Source: Amphiscolops sp. MND2022 | Lineage: Eukaryota | NCBI GenBank assembly: GCA_964187785.1 | Contig: OZ076409.1 | Span: forward strand, 12,710,001 to 12,774,000 | Direction of reading: 5' to 3' | Length of the DNA stretch: 64,000 bases | Shown: positions 1 through 12,240 of the stretch, piece after piece | Layout: the number at the start of each line of letters is the position of its first letter | Numbering within the stretch: position 1 is the first letter of the stretch | The notes under the pieces: generated by a model | Told to the model about the DNA's origin: nothing | The model's input: the letters and a program-made list of their open reading frames with translations, nothing else | Database searches by the model: none | Translations under genes and position numbers: made by a program

Positions 1-1336
1 CGCACAGTCCAAAGTGTAAGTCTTTTCCACAATTATTCAGAAAACAAACTCTAAGTTCAACACTTCCTAAAATTCAAGAAAGCAAGCACCCCAGAACTTT
101 CAAGTATTACATTCCTACAAAGTAGTAGATATGGTAATGATTCCCAACTTCGTTAAAACCATTTCTATTCTTTTAACGTACCAAAACTATAGATTATATG
201 TTGAATAAAATAATTTATTGAAATTTATTCATTTTTTCATAGGAAGGATCATCGTGCGTCAATTTACAATCGTGTCAATTTACATAAATGAAGCACATGA
301 CACATACATGCTGTAATAGGGGTCAATTGCAGAAAGCCTTAAAAAATTAGATTCATACTACTTGTAAACGCATTAAAACACTTTCCTTAAAACACCCTCC
401 GTAAGAATCCACCACGCAAAATGATCACGAACTCTTCGACAAAATTACATCTGTTTTGGCATTTCATTTTGAAAGAAAGCACTTTCAGAAAAAGTGTTCA
501 ATATAGAAGTTCAATAACGGTGTCAAGGCTACAAAAATGATTGAAGACGGTTTTTCTTCCGACCAGTGGTATTTCAGATATTGCGTAATGAAGTTTAAAA
601 AATTCAAAAAATGTCTGAAAAACAATGTACAAACAACTTTTTAAAATAATTTCATTCGATTTCAGAACAAAAAATATCGTTGTAATTCTGATCAAAACCT
701 AAGAAACGTTTGCTCCTGGGACTTTTTGTCCAACGCATGTCCTGGGAAAAAATGCGCCTTCATTATGATATTAGCTGTCTCTAACTTTTTGGTACCATAG
801 TGTATTTCAATCACCCCCTTTTATTGAGGATTACAGGAAAATTCAACTCCAACTGAGCTTCCTGGGCCAATATCTGAAACTTGTTAACAGTCCGTTGACG
901 CCATTCAAGCGAAAGACTTGAATACAATGAAACAACCCGGGCGCGAAAGTAAGTCTACCGGCCTCAGAGAGAAATTAGCGTAGGTAGAATGACCAGCAAG
1001 TTCGAGCGAGATAAGCATCATTTGAGCAAAGCAGAAAGAAAAGAAATGAGGGAAAAAATCAACCAAAAACTTGAACGGACGACTACTAGAATAACGACCA
1101 CTAAAATGAGATTTTCTGAGTAACCGGATGTTTTGCATTGTAAATTTTTTTTGTCCCCTGGTATGAATTATTTTTCATAATCTGAAGTAAGGACGATTTT
1201 TATTGAAATCGAAAAAAGTACATATATAGAATAACTGGAAGGCATTCAATCAACTTCCGAAGCTAAAGCACTGTACACAGCACCTTCCAGCACTCCTGCA
1301 AATGCCAAAAGGACCAAATAAATAGTGATGTCTTAC

Positions 1337-2861
1337 CTTCAAAAGCTGATTTTATGAACTCCAGACGAAATTTATCAGGTATGAAAAACGATGACGGGAA
1401 CTTGTGCCACTCGCGTCCGACGCAGATTATGTTCTCTCGATTTGTCAAGAAGTACCTCTGGTCAACAAGTTCTTGGTGCTCCACCCATGCGGAAAATTCT
1501 CCGTATAAGTCCATGGGCGCATGATACCCTAAAAATTGGGAAGCAATTCTGGAAGCAGCCAAAACGGCGTTCAGGACAACCAGCAAAAATGTGAAGTAGG
1601 ACAAGCATGTGTTAAAAGTCTTCCAGTTGAAACGACGAACAACTTCTGTTATCAAAGAAAGCGACACTGCAGCCATCAGACATATGAGGGGGTATATTGG
1701 GTATAAAAAGCGCTCCTCTTTGTGAGGTTGAGCGAAAAAGACTATAAACCAGAGATAGAGTCCAATAAAAGGGAACCACTTTCTGTAATAAGACGTGATC
1801 AAGTTACGGGATGTGATGAAAGTTATCACAAAAACCAGCGGGAATGTTAGACACAGGATGAAAGGTAACAAAAAGTTAAGAAAACCATTTTTCAGGTAAA
1901 ATGACAAAGGCTCTATTCCGTAAAGACTGGGTCCATGTTGTGTGAATACATTGTAGGAAACAATATTCCAAACTGCGATCACAACTTTTTGGTAGTAATA
2001 GTAATCAATGGCACACATAACGGACATTATAGCAACGAACGCTATTCCTGAAACACTGATGAATTTTTGAACTTTTCGTTGTACCGTAAGTATGTCTAAA
2101 GCAACAGGCAGTCCAATTATTGCACTGAAAGGCCAAGCAACCAAAACTGAGAACGCGACTGATAAAATTGCTGTCGTGTTGGCTCGCAGAAGCACTGAAG
2201 CTGTGGCCAACATTGTCATGTACATGCAAAAAGAGCTGGGCAGAAAAGCTACGGAAGCATGAAACATGCCGGGGCTGGAAGCCAAAAATATCAACAGCAA
2301 GGATGCAACACGCCTGCCGTAAATTTTAACTACGGCTCTGTAAAAAATCAGCTCACAAAAAGCACAAACAATTCCCATCGATAGCCGCAATAAGAAAAAC
2401 AGAACAAGGCGTGACTCTATGACGTGTTTGAGAATCCAAATGAGCCAAGCATACATCCACACGAACGAGTAAGATCTGAGAGCGAATTGGGGCGAATATT
2501 CCCACGTCTGGAACCCGCGCTTGTAAATGACAAAATGGGCCGGCTCCCAGTAGTTGTAAGTTTCGTCACAGTCGTTAATATTCGCCATCATTGCTGAGCA
2601 GAAGCGGCAAATAAGAAGCAGTTTGAACGCAAGGGATTTCACAGGCGCGTATTCCGAGTCGTTCCCTGTCCCACAGGCGAAATCTGTAGTGCTACCAAAG
2701 AGTGAGCTCAAGCAGTTTTCAACGGCAACTGATAAATGCTTTGACACCTGGTCTTTCTTAACTGTGGGCACGGCTTTGGCATTAACAATCACAGGGGGAG
2801 CGCTTTTTCTATTCCCAATATCTCGTTTTCGGGTGTGATTACCCATTGTGTCTGAAAACAT
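1337..2861 (-). CDS. ALG9: Alpha-1,2-mannosyltransferase ALG9 (GT22), single large coding exon; C-terminal exon(s) not located
   Basis: 532-aa ORF with GT22 motifs DCDETYNYWEP, QTWEYSP, FLPSSFCMY, HGPSLYGIEP, QPHKEERFLYPIYP and CVGREWHKFPSSFFIP, plus multiple TM segments. Similarity stops at FIKSAFEG, where a donor GAAG|GTAAGA lies (GT at 1336-1335). Start is ATG 2861 or in-frame ATG 2846. Confidence 0.93.
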
Positions 2862-3239
2862 TTTTCATGGAGCAAATCAAACCCAATAGTCACCAAGTAC
2901 AGTGTATCCCGGGTATCAATGATGCTGTATTAAATCTTTAAGAGATTTTTTAACAATAACCAATTGAAAATTTTAAAAACCAAATCTGTTGAACCAATTT
3001 TTGCCATGAATCTGAATTTAACAACTTTTTCCGCATAAGGGTTTACCTTTGTGACCATTTCCTCAAAGTTCTTGAAAACACAATCGGATGAGTGGTTGGG
3101 AGTTCAGAAAAGGCGCGGAAACTAGGCATGACTGCCTGGCCTTACTTGAACTCCTAAACCATTTCTGAATTTTGTGTTTGGGGCTTTGAGTTTTGAACAC
3201 AGTAATGACAAAACTTTTATTGTAAAAATTGGTTTAACA

Positions 3240-3530
3240 CAGAGGCGAAGCGGTGCTTCGCAACACATGACGAAGACACCGATTATTTTAATATGCGTAT
3301 ATATATTATTTTAATCGCATGCGTATATATTCAACAGTTCAACTTTGTTCAATAACGTCCCCATGTCACAGTGGTCAACACTTATGCCGTGCAATCGGGA
3401 GGCTACAGGTTCGAATCTCTCTGGGGTTTTGGCTTTATTCTAAAAAGCGCTCATTATGAAGTTGACTATAGTGGAAAAAAAACATTCTTAGCTGGACTGC
3501 AATGCACATTGACTTCGTCATGTGCAAAAA
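3240..3530 (-). mobile_element. Non-autonomous Helentron/HINE-like element, family H1 (copy 1)
   Basis: Sub-terminal inverted repeats CACATGACGAAG (3264-3275) and CTTCGTCATGTG (3513-3524), with the hairpin GCGAAGC-GGT-GCTTCGC just outside one of them. A near-identical copy lies at 33757-34078. Confidence 0.7.
3357..3427 (+). pseudogene. tRNA-derived sequence (A/B boxes) inside H1
   Basis: A-box-like TGTCACAGTGG and B box GGTTCGAATCT at tRNA spacing; CCCCA/TGGGG partial acceptor stem. Other stems are poor and the anticodon position differs between copies (TGC here, TAC at 33.9 kb). Confidence 0.6.
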
Positions 3531-4069
3531 TTAGGTTTTTTAACAGAATCTGTTCAACAGATTGGTTAATGGTTGAAAATGTTCAACAAACAATTTTTAA
3601 CCCATTTGTTGAACCAATGGTTCAAATGTAATCACTGCAGGGTATGAGAACCCCGCCCATAGTCAATGCGTATCTTGGCCCCGACTGCCAATTTGATTCC
3701 TCCTGAAAACCCGCATGTAAGAACCGACCATACGAAACATCACTAATCGTTCCGCCGCTTACGTTGATTATATCCGGGATCCATTGTAACATTTTCTGCC
3801 GCGAAACAAGACAACAATTGTATTAAGAAAACATGAAAGCCTATGGTGTCAAGATGGAAACTTAAGATGAATGACTTAGGGTGAGCCACTTTTTGCCCCA
3901 ACAACAGTTTAATTCAACTTTGAAACAAAAAAAGTGAATTTTCAATCGTACGTTGAAGTCTGACATGTCCAACGAAATTTCATATTGAAACAAGACGCCC
4001 GCTAAGGAGCGGGATATTTGCCGCCAAAAATGTAACGCATCAGCACGGGTGCGAATCCACGACCTCGTG

Positions 4070-4469
4070 TCAGCCAGGCAGACGCACTATTAACTGCGCC
4101 ATGGCCACTAGAATATCCAAATTAGTATTTAGAATTTGGAAAAAAACGCAAGACAGTTTATGATCCCCCTTAAATAAGGGCGGAAAATTTTTAAGAAACA
4201 CAGAAACGCGAAAAAATGAGAAGTTACCAAAGTCCTTAAAAACCGTATGCGGCAATTCAAATTTTCTATCAAATGAAAGAAATGCTGGAAATGGAAACAA
4301 ACAATTCTCAAACAATCGGGATTTTTTCCGGAGACGTTGGCAAACTGGCCCCAAATGATTCAAAGTTTCTTCAGCAGAAACGATTAGTTGCAGAATAGAA
4401 TTGCTCAATTTCGGGCGATAAAAGTCATCTATCATTTCCAGAAACGTTTTCGGGATTAAATCAATTTGA
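4070..4469 (-). other. Possible coding exon of an unidentified gene
   Basis: Stop-free ~133 codons preceded by an acceptor-like TTTTACCTGTAG; a second 91-aa ORF lies at 4623-4898. No family recognised. Confidence 0.25.
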
Positions 4470-4530
4470 AACTACAGGTAAAATGCTTTCACACATCACC
4501 GACGCACCTGCTGTCTTGACAAATAATTGC

Positions 4531-4568
4531 TGGCCGAAGGAATTTACTGGCCGAAGGAATTTACTGGC
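4531..4568. repeat. 17-bp tandem duplication
   Basis: TGGCCGAAGGAATTTAC x2 plus TGGC. Confidence 0.9.
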
Positions 4569-5092
4569 GCACGGACAAGCATTCAAAAACTATGCTTCCT
4601 TCAAACAAGTTTCTCGGTAAACCTATAGGTAATTGAATAAACTATAACTGCATAAAACAGATTCAATGAATTCAATCACGAACTTCGATTTGGGTTCATT
4701 AGCAAAAAATTGATGAAAAATTCCGGATAAAAAACTTTGATTGTAAATAGAAGTGACATTACTCGCTACTTCCGATCCAACATTTCTGGAAAAAAGTACA
4801 AAATCTTTAAAATGGGCACCTTTTGAATCAATTAAATCTTTCTTTGGAATCATTCTCACGGAAATTAAGAAAAACGTGAAAATTCGTCGATTCTCCATTT
4901 AGTGCCGCGTTTCCGACTATAACTTCTCAACAAAAAAAGTAAAACACGAAAATTGACCGCTTTCAAAGCATTAGTTTCGAAAACTGAGGTATTTTTGAAA
5001 ATTTTTACTGCCTGAAAACGTTCAAGCAGAGAACTCATTGATGTGTTTTTGTCTTTTAATTCATTTGGTTCTCACTTCATTTTCAAGAAAGG

Positions 5093-5561
5093 ATTTCTGC
5101 TTTTAGGCTTTGATGTTCAATAATAGAAGCATATCTTAATTAAATTAAACAAAATTAATCACTACCAGTTTACACCGCCTTTAATTCTTCTCGGACTAAA
5201 GAAATAATAACTACTAAGCGTAGACGAAGTTTCGCATTCGCAATTGAATGCAGGCGAAGCTCTCGGCGAACGAATAATTAACACTCTTTCGTTCGCTTCA
5301 TCTCAATAACTCGGCGTACGAAAGCATAACTACGCACATTCGCTCGCTTCATCTCAATGGATTCGATGTACGAATGCATAATTACCACTCGCTCGTTTCA
5401 TCGCACGAGGAACTAATTGTCGGCAGCTTGAGAAATTCACGCTTACCACTCACTGCCGAACAAATTGTCTACATTTTTCAGTAGGTACTCGAAACCACGA
5501 AAAAAATTGAACTGAAAAAAAGTTGAATTGTTGAGATTTTATTCTTGCTATTGCAGAAATA
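5093..5561 (-). mobile_element. Helentron/HINE-like family H2 copy (hairpin end missing)
   Basis: ATTTCTGC...GCAGAAATA sub-terminal IRs; body (CCAGTTTACACCGCCTTTAATTCTTCTCGGACTAAAG..., ~50-bp internal repeats) shared with 36231, 58357 and 62385. Confidence 0.75.
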
Positions 5562-5617
5562 AATGGGAGTTTTTCATTGCAATTTTAGGACCTTTTTGCT
5601 TGAAAATACATTCGCAG

Positions 5618-5893
5618 TCACTGAATCATATCCAGGGCCTGGGACGGCGTCGGAAGAGTTAAAATTTCGGTCTTTTCGACATGCAATTTCTGGAAATTAA
5701 TGTTTTTCTTTTTAAATCGTTCAAGCCATGAGGCGTTTGGAATAAAATCTGAGTGTATTTGTATCTCAATTTGATGAGCTTTTTCTAAAAGCATAGGTCC
5801 GTGTAAAGGAACGTTTTTGAACCGCGTTGAACGTCTTCGCCTCCGCATTTCAAGTATGCTATTACACGGAGTGCAATTAAACGGAGTCTACTG
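5618..5893 (-). mobile_element. pogo/Tigger (CENP-B-type HTH) transposase fragment with one TIR
   Basis: VPLHGPMLLEKA...DFIPNASWLERFKKKNINFQKLHVE matches the HTH_Tnp_Tc5 pattern (PISGPMLKEKA...GWLxRFKKRH). The element starts TA|CAGTAGACTCC at 5895-5883 on the minus strand, typical of pogo ends. Confidence 0.8.
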
Positions 5894-6881
5894 TACAGAA
5901 ATTGCGAATTTTAGATGAAGAAGACAAAAAAGTTGCCCTGTCAATGTTTCAGGTTACGTAGTACCCTTGACACATTCAACTACAGCTTTCTTATTTTCGG
6001 ATACCCTAATTAGTGAAACAATTCGCCAGTTAGCACTCAGAAAATTACACGAGCTGAGTAAAAACTGACTTTCACTTTTAACATTTTGGCCGCAAAGCAG
6101 TTTGTAAAATTAAAAGTGTAGAAATGTCTTAGTCAAATTTCATGCAGATGACTTCCCTGTTTCCTGCGTTCCAAAATAGTACAGCTTCTTCGACATTTCT
6201 TTCCAAATGAATGTGCGACTTCTTCGGGCGACTTACAAGATTAAATAGAACACTATTGAGAATGTTACCGTCCTTGAAATAGTTGTAAAAATGTATTGCA
6301 ACACGGATTCCCCTAATGCAAGCATATTCTAGTTTGAAGCATCCATCTTGAGTTTGTAACTAACATTTCAACCTCAAAAAGTAATTGAATTCGTTCCCAA
6401 TCGAACGCCACCTAGCAAAAACCTGAACTTAGTTATATTGAAAATCAAGTGCATTAAGACTCACAAGTTCGCAAAAGCAATTAGGTATTTCTTTACGGTT
6501 ACAATGTAGCTTGAAGCTCTGTTTTAAAACAGAAGAATTCCTTAACAATTTAATACACAACACAATACAGTTGCAAAATCAATTTAATTCACAAAATTCA
6601 ATTATCGAACAAAACCATCGTAAGACAACAGAAAAAAAACCACGAACAGAGGAAAACTGCATTTTCGTCCTTTGGGAAGACAGAAAAAACAATTTGGAGA
6701 AAACATTTCACACAATACCTACATTTTTTCATAATGGACGTTTTATCAGCCAATCAAAAGAGGCATTTGTCAATCAAACTTCGTTGTCTATTAGGAAATT
6801 TGTTCTTAACTGTTATTTAATAGGAAAATAATCCATTTGGAAACCAAATCAACGTCACAAAAACAATAATGTTAGAGTCAA

Positions 6882-7199
6882 CTACATGGAAAACACGGTT
6901 AGTTCGGTGTCTACAGTCATCTTCAATTGGGCTAGTTGATCTACTAATTGCTCCAGCTGCGTATCGTAATCATCATGGCTCTGGGAATTCGACGTAAAAC
7001 TTTGGTTGGATTCTAATTGTTCCTTATACAGCTCCAGTGCTAAATTGGAATAAGACAACAGAGAACACATATTGAGCGTGTCTGAGGAAAACAATTCTGA
7101 GGAGTCCTTTTCAAGGGGACCACTGTGTTTTTCTAGATAGTCGGTCAATGTTGAGGGCATCTGAACATTCAAAGTCTGCAAGTTGACACAATACGGTTC
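6882..7199 (-). CDS. HAUS6: HAUS6 coding exon 4 (3' boundary uncertain)
   Basis: Acceptor TCTTGTTTCAG|GAA in phase 0, matching the phase-0 end of exon 3. EPYCVNLQTLNVQMPSTLTDYLEKH...TLNMCSLLSYSNLALELYKE resembles the human HAUS6 segment QYALDGTNVAINIPRLLLDKIEKQ...KLNLLTVIQLLNEVLKVMKYE (recalled). Confidence 0.7.
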   Translation of the reverse strand, partial: EPYCVNLQTLNVQMPSTLTDYLEKHSGPLEKDSSELFSSDTLNMCSLLSYSNLALELYKEQLESNQSFTSNSQSHDDYDTQLEQLVDQLAQLKMTVDTELTVFSM

Positions 7200-8206
7200 C
7201 TGAAACAAGATTGTTGCGTTGGAAAAATGTTTGTAAACATTCCATGGAAAAAGAGATTGATTTTCGAGCCATTCAAAAATCCAGGATTAGAAACTAAAAA
7301 CTTTATGAGCAGCATGTAGAAGGCAACACCCCGCAAAAATTTTGCTACTTTTTGCAGGTAAAACGAGAGTGTATGTCTGCTCACACGCTAATTTTCACGT
7401 AAACAATATGTTAACGTGTGCCTGCGAGGTGAAAATAATTGTGAAAATGGAATATTTGTAGAATGGAATTTGTGGGAATGGAAATTTGAGAATTTTTTAG
7501 TATGCAACCTGTTTTCAAATTTTTGTCCCGTTACGGTTTCAAGACAAAAATCGGCATGTAACGTTTAGTAGACGCCCGCTCAAGAGTAAAACATTAGTCT
7601 CTTGAATAATCTCAGGCGCTGTTTTTAAAAAATTTTTCATAATTGAAATCGATAAAAAACCCAGGAGGACTCGTCCAGCTCATTATTTACGTAGAACTGT
7701 CAGCAAATCACAGGGGACACTTTGGCTGCTTTCGATGCTCTTAGGCGCAAATTATAATTTTGTAGAACTATTTTGGCCACAACGAGGGAGTTGAAAAAAA
7801 ACTGATGAAAAATAACAAGCATGGTGTAAGTGGTTTAGAGCACTCTAAAGGTTCAAATCTTTCAACTCACCGTTGGGCTTTTAACAAGTTCTTCACCTAT
7901 GGCTTAGTGGTATGGTCATGGCATGACAAAACGTATATGACAAAAAGCAAAATCAAAAGAGCAAAGGCGGGTGGCCACCCCTTTGTAAGGGTGAACAAAT
8001 CACTTCAAAACTGCAGCTTCAAAACGCCCATCGCTTGACCACTTGGCTGCAGAGATGGTAACATAGCTTGCCATGGGGAGATAACCCGAAGGGCTTAGAA
8101 AAACAACAGCTTAATCGGCGTCCACCCCGCGAAATTAAAGAAATACATTGTGTTGTTCTTCTAATAGCAGACTTTGTAATTTATACCATTCCAAGTTTTA
8201 GATTTG

Positions 8207-8492
8207 AACAAGCCCAAAACCGCTCAAGTTGGCGCCCGCTCAAGGTTCAAAAAATGCAAAGTGTTTCACATATTTAAGGGACAACTATCGCGGAATTTCG
8301 TTTTCAATAATCATGAAAATGTCAAAAATACCCGAAGGCGTACCCTTGAGCCCGGAAAATCACCTTTTCCTTAACTGGAAACATTTAAAAACCCAACATT
8401 AAAAAAATCTTGTAGCGCCTAAAAACCCAAATGTCACTTCAGGCTCGCAAAACGCTTTTTCCGAACAGAAAACTTGGAAAAATTTAAAGAAT
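8207..8492 (-). mobile_element. Family H3 (HINE-like) copy, hairpin-side half; apparently continues at 31036-31275
   Basis: AACAAGCCC...CAAGTTGGCGCCCGCTC head typical of H3; the family body stops abruptly at 8492. Confidence 0.55.
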
Positions 8493-8619
8493 CCGAGTGT
8501 AAAATTTCTTGGATTTCTCACCAAGATCTTGGATTTTCCTACAAAATCCTGCTACCTTTTAAATTTCTTGATAAGATCTTAGAAAGTCTTACTTCTTCCA
8601 AAAAATCTTGAATTTCTTC

Positions 8620-9000
8620 GCATGATGAGGCAACTGTTTACGTGCTCCACGTGTACGAGTTATTCAAGTTCATCGTTGATTGTTTGCGTCAAGATCATTC
8701 CGCAAATATACTGAACAACATCCTGAAGCAAGTTCCAGAACGTGGATACGAGTTACGTAGCTATTCGCAGAGAGCCTCTATGCCAGCATCGTGTTCTGAG
8801 AAGTTCGATCGCTGCCTGTCGAAATGAATCCCGGCGTTGTTCGATCAGTTGATGTCATGGAGCGCGTTGCCGGATCCGCATTTCGTATCTAGCCTCCATC
8901 ATGAGGGACAAACTGCTTTATGCCATAACTTCTTCAAAGGCTACATCCTCGCAAATGAGCAACTAATCCGTATCGTATACGGCCTTGAATCGTTCTAGAG
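8620..9000 (+). pseudogene. Degenerate ORF remnant of unknown family
   Basis: About 120 codons in one frame interrupted by a single TGA (YVLHVYELFKF...CLSK*IPALFDQL...IVYGLESF*); locally higher GC. Confidence 0.25.
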
Positions 9001-9249
9001 GCTCAGGTTTCGCACTAATAACTATTTTCTCAGAAGGTTTCCTCTAGTTCTTTTGTTTACATTTGCACATTTGTCCAGTTCGCCCCCTCGTTAATTTCCT
9101 ATCTAGCTAATTTGATAAGATTACTGTTATATTTGATATTTAATTGCTTGCTCAAATGATAACTTGGATTTCTTCCCAAAACAGTCCTATTACTATCCCT
9201 GATTCATTTGATGCTCCTGCTGACTCAACGCTGTTTTTAATGCTCTCAT

Positions 9250-9410
9250 TTTGTCAAACCGATGGGGGTATGAATATTATCGTACCCCTGCTTCTGCCCC
9301 CGATGCAAAAATCCCGAGTTAGTGTTCCCAGGAGTCTATATCCTTGCTCCCTGTGACGATTGCAGACTCCTGGGGCCAGTAAAGTCGGGCATCGGGTGTG
9401 CAGAAGCCTT
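9250..9410 (-). repeat. Dispersed repeat, diverged copy at 33325-33460 (+)
   Basis: Reverse complement GCACACCCGATG...CAGGGAGCAAGGATATAGACTC...TTTTTGCATC matches 33327 onward. Confidence 0.6.
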
Positions 9411-10045
9411 AAATAAAGACATGTTCACCAAAGGTACGAGATACGAGTTTTCGGCCAAAATTTGACTTTTTTCACATTCTCTTCCAAATTTTCACAACGT
9501 CTATGCAATGATGTCCTCTCCCCACATATATGATGAAATCTGCTGCAGTCAGCACGTTCATTGTAACGCTTCAAACAGTTACAGGATTAGTGTTAACGAG
9601 GTTTTTTCGTCTTACATCACGACATTTTGTCATAGAGATCTTTTTTACTCAACGCCTTATTCAAATTCAAATTGTTTTTGTTGGTGAAAATTTGAGCCTG
9701 CAAGTTGTTCAGGATAGGCTTTCATCAAGCGGGCTTTTGCGCCATTGGAAGTCTCTTTTGGTCATAAATTTGTTTATTTATATACTGTATTTGTAATAAG
9801 AATGACCAAATGAAATAAATTATCATTATTATATTATTTTTCTTGACAAGAATCTTGCGAAGATTCTTTATTAAGAAATCCGGGAGGTGAAAATTTCGAT
9901 TAGTTCAAAATTTAGTGCGATTTCATAAATTGTTGAATCAGGCCTGTTTACAGTAATTTTCGGCCATGTTATGGAAAAATTATGGAAAAATCAATAAAAT
10001 TTACCCTTTTGTCAGCAAATTTACGGCCAATTTCGGAGACCAATT

Positions 10046-11088
10046 GTGAGAGAGCAGAATTCAATGATTTTCCAACTTCATCTGCATTTTTTGGATCTTT
10101 CAAGCATCAATTTTAGGACTGAAACATGTCATGTACTTTTTAGATCCTTGATACATACCGATTGGATCTTGTTTTCAATCCTTTTGATTCATTATTTTGC
10201 TCAACTCAGATCTAAAACTGCCACTATGAGAGCAGAATTTAATGATTTTCCTACTTCATCTGCATTTTTTTTGGATCTTTCAGGATCAATTTTAGGTCTG
10301 AAACATGTACTTTTTAGATCCTTGATACATACCGATTGGATCTTGTTCTCAATCCTTTTGGGTCGTTATTTTGCTCAATTCAGATCTGAAACTGGCATTG
10401 AGAGCAAAATTTAATGATACTCCTCCTTCATCTGCATCTTTTTGGATCTTTCATGATCAATTTTAGGTCTGAAACATGTACTTTTTAGATCCTTGATACA
10501 TACCGATTGGATCTTGTTTTCAATCCTTTTGGGTCATTATGTTGCTTAATTCAGATCTTAATTTGCAATTGTGAGTGCAAAACAATGATTTTCCAACTTC
10601 AGCTGCATTTTTAGATCTTTCATGATCAATTTTGGGTCTGAAACATGTATTTTTTAGATCCTTGATACATACCAATTGGATCTTGTTTTCAACTCTTTTA
10701 GATCATTATTTTGCTGAGATCAGATCTGAATTTGCAATTATGAGAGCAGAATACAAAGATTTCCCAACTTCATCTGCATCTTTTTGAATCTTTCATGATC
10801 AATTTTAGGTCTGAAACATACTTTTTAGTTCCTTGATATATAGCAATTGGATCTGATTTTCAATCCTTTTGGGCCATTGTTTCGCTCAATTCAGATCTTA
10901 ATTTGCAATTGTGAGAGCAAAACCCAATGATTTTCCAACTTCAGCTGCATTTTTAGATCATTTTTGGGTCTATAACATGCATTATTTAGATCCTTGATAC
11001 ATACCAAATGGTACTTGTTTTCAATCCTTTTGGGTCTTTGTTTGGCTTAAATCAGATCCTAGTTTGCAATTGTGAGAGCAAAACCCTT
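10046..11088 (+). repeat. ~172-bp tandem satellite, about 6 units
   Basis: GAGAGCA(G/A)AA anchors recur at ~10049, 10228, 10400, 10573, 10742, 10913 and 11074; the unit contains GATCCTTGATACATACCGATTGGATCTTG. Confidence 0.92.
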
Positions 11089-11749
11089 TGTCAATTTATG
11101 CGTATCCCTTCGGGTATTTTTGACGCTGTAAAATTGATGAAATGTCGTCATTTTACCATTGGTTCTCCGTATGATAGTGCTTATTTGGTTTTTTTCAGAA
11201 GTTCGCAACTTTCTTTGCAAGTGTTTGCGAAGCACGGCTTTGCCTCTGTGTATTAATTAGCCTCCACTTACTGAGGTTTTCACATTTATTTTCACGGGAC
11301 CGTTTTTGACACTGCAAGGAGGCTCTGCAGCTTGCAGCGTATTGACACCTTCTCACCTTTTTAACAAGCCCTCTACAACCTGGGCCATGCATACGTAGAC
11401 CACTAACTTTTTGGTTTCGATGCGCACGGACCTTATTGTAGAATAAAAACAAGAGCTGGTTCTCACTGTGGTCCACTTTTTGTACAATCTCCGCCAATAT
11501 TAGCGGCAATATGAAAGAATAAACGGTTTACCTTAATGGCCGGGCTAGCATTAAGGACGCTTTTCGGCACCGCGTTTCCTGAACCCGCTAGATAGGTTAA
11601 GAATTTTTGGAAATTGGGATTTCAAGTTTTTGTTTGTCTCGTAGTCTAGATGGTTCTTAATTTCTATTGACGTTTCTTGTGAGAAGTGATTTCGGGACAT
11701 TCGATTCAACCTTGATTGTTTTCAGATTTATCCGCGTTAGCCAGCCCTT

Positions 11750-12240
11750 CCGAGTGCAGTTTTTTCACCGTCAGTTGTTTTGCATCAATTGTTTTCATCG
11801 TTGGTGCAAGTTCTCTCGACAGGGCCATCAAAGCTGCCGAAGGGTCTTTCAGATTATCCATTCAATGATGATCATTTTCAGTCCCTGGTCTCTCTTAGAA
11901 CCCGAGGAGTAAAACCAAATTCAAATATCTCGGTTTTCTACTTGAGCGAGGTTCGCTCAAAAACAGAAGAAATATTGTTTAATGGCAAGATGTCAAAAAA
12001 TAACTCGATTACGTCACACAGATCGAACAACAACGAACCTTGTGATATTGGAGAGTTGACGTAGATCTTACGAAGTACGCCCATTGTTTTTCAGCTATCC
12101 TGTACTGTCGAAGAATAGGAACTGAAAACATATTCGACGAATTGCGCCGTCTCAGTTTTCTCATTGTAGATGTTAAGCGGAGATTCCTCTCCAAACGGAA
12201 ACAGAAAATACTGTATTTTAAAACTGAGCTTCTGAAACTT
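11750..12240 (+). pseudogene. Highly degenerate C-terminal part of a second CACTA/EnSpm-like transposase
   Basis: LHQLFSSLVQVLSTGP...SDYPF...LVSLRTRGV resembles the family pattern HQLxHLxxQVxxxGPLxxxSAYPFExxNxxLxxxxxGTRGV; downstream KTYSTNCAVS...KYCIL fits the C-terminal NSxV..YGxI pattern. It does not match the 23.7-kb copy at nucleotide level. Confidence 0.45.

Noticed and set aside
890-1123. Possible plus-strand exons (SVDAIQAKDL...|GTAAGT; MTSKFERDKHH...)
   Set aside because: Splice-like signals only; no coherent model or recognisable family.
1246-1336. 41-nt intron plus terminal exon GVLEGAVYSALASEVD* for ALG9
   Set aside because: The intron is shorter than the others seen here and the peptide does not resemble the ALG9 C-terminus.
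3357-3427. Functional tRNA genes
   Set aside because: Stems pair poorly, the anticodon differs between copies, and all instances lie inside repeats.
10046-11088. CRISPR-like or coding interpretation of the periodic repeats (ORF 10046-10414)
   Set aside because: Whole units repeat with no unique spacers and no cas genes; eukaryotic satellite.
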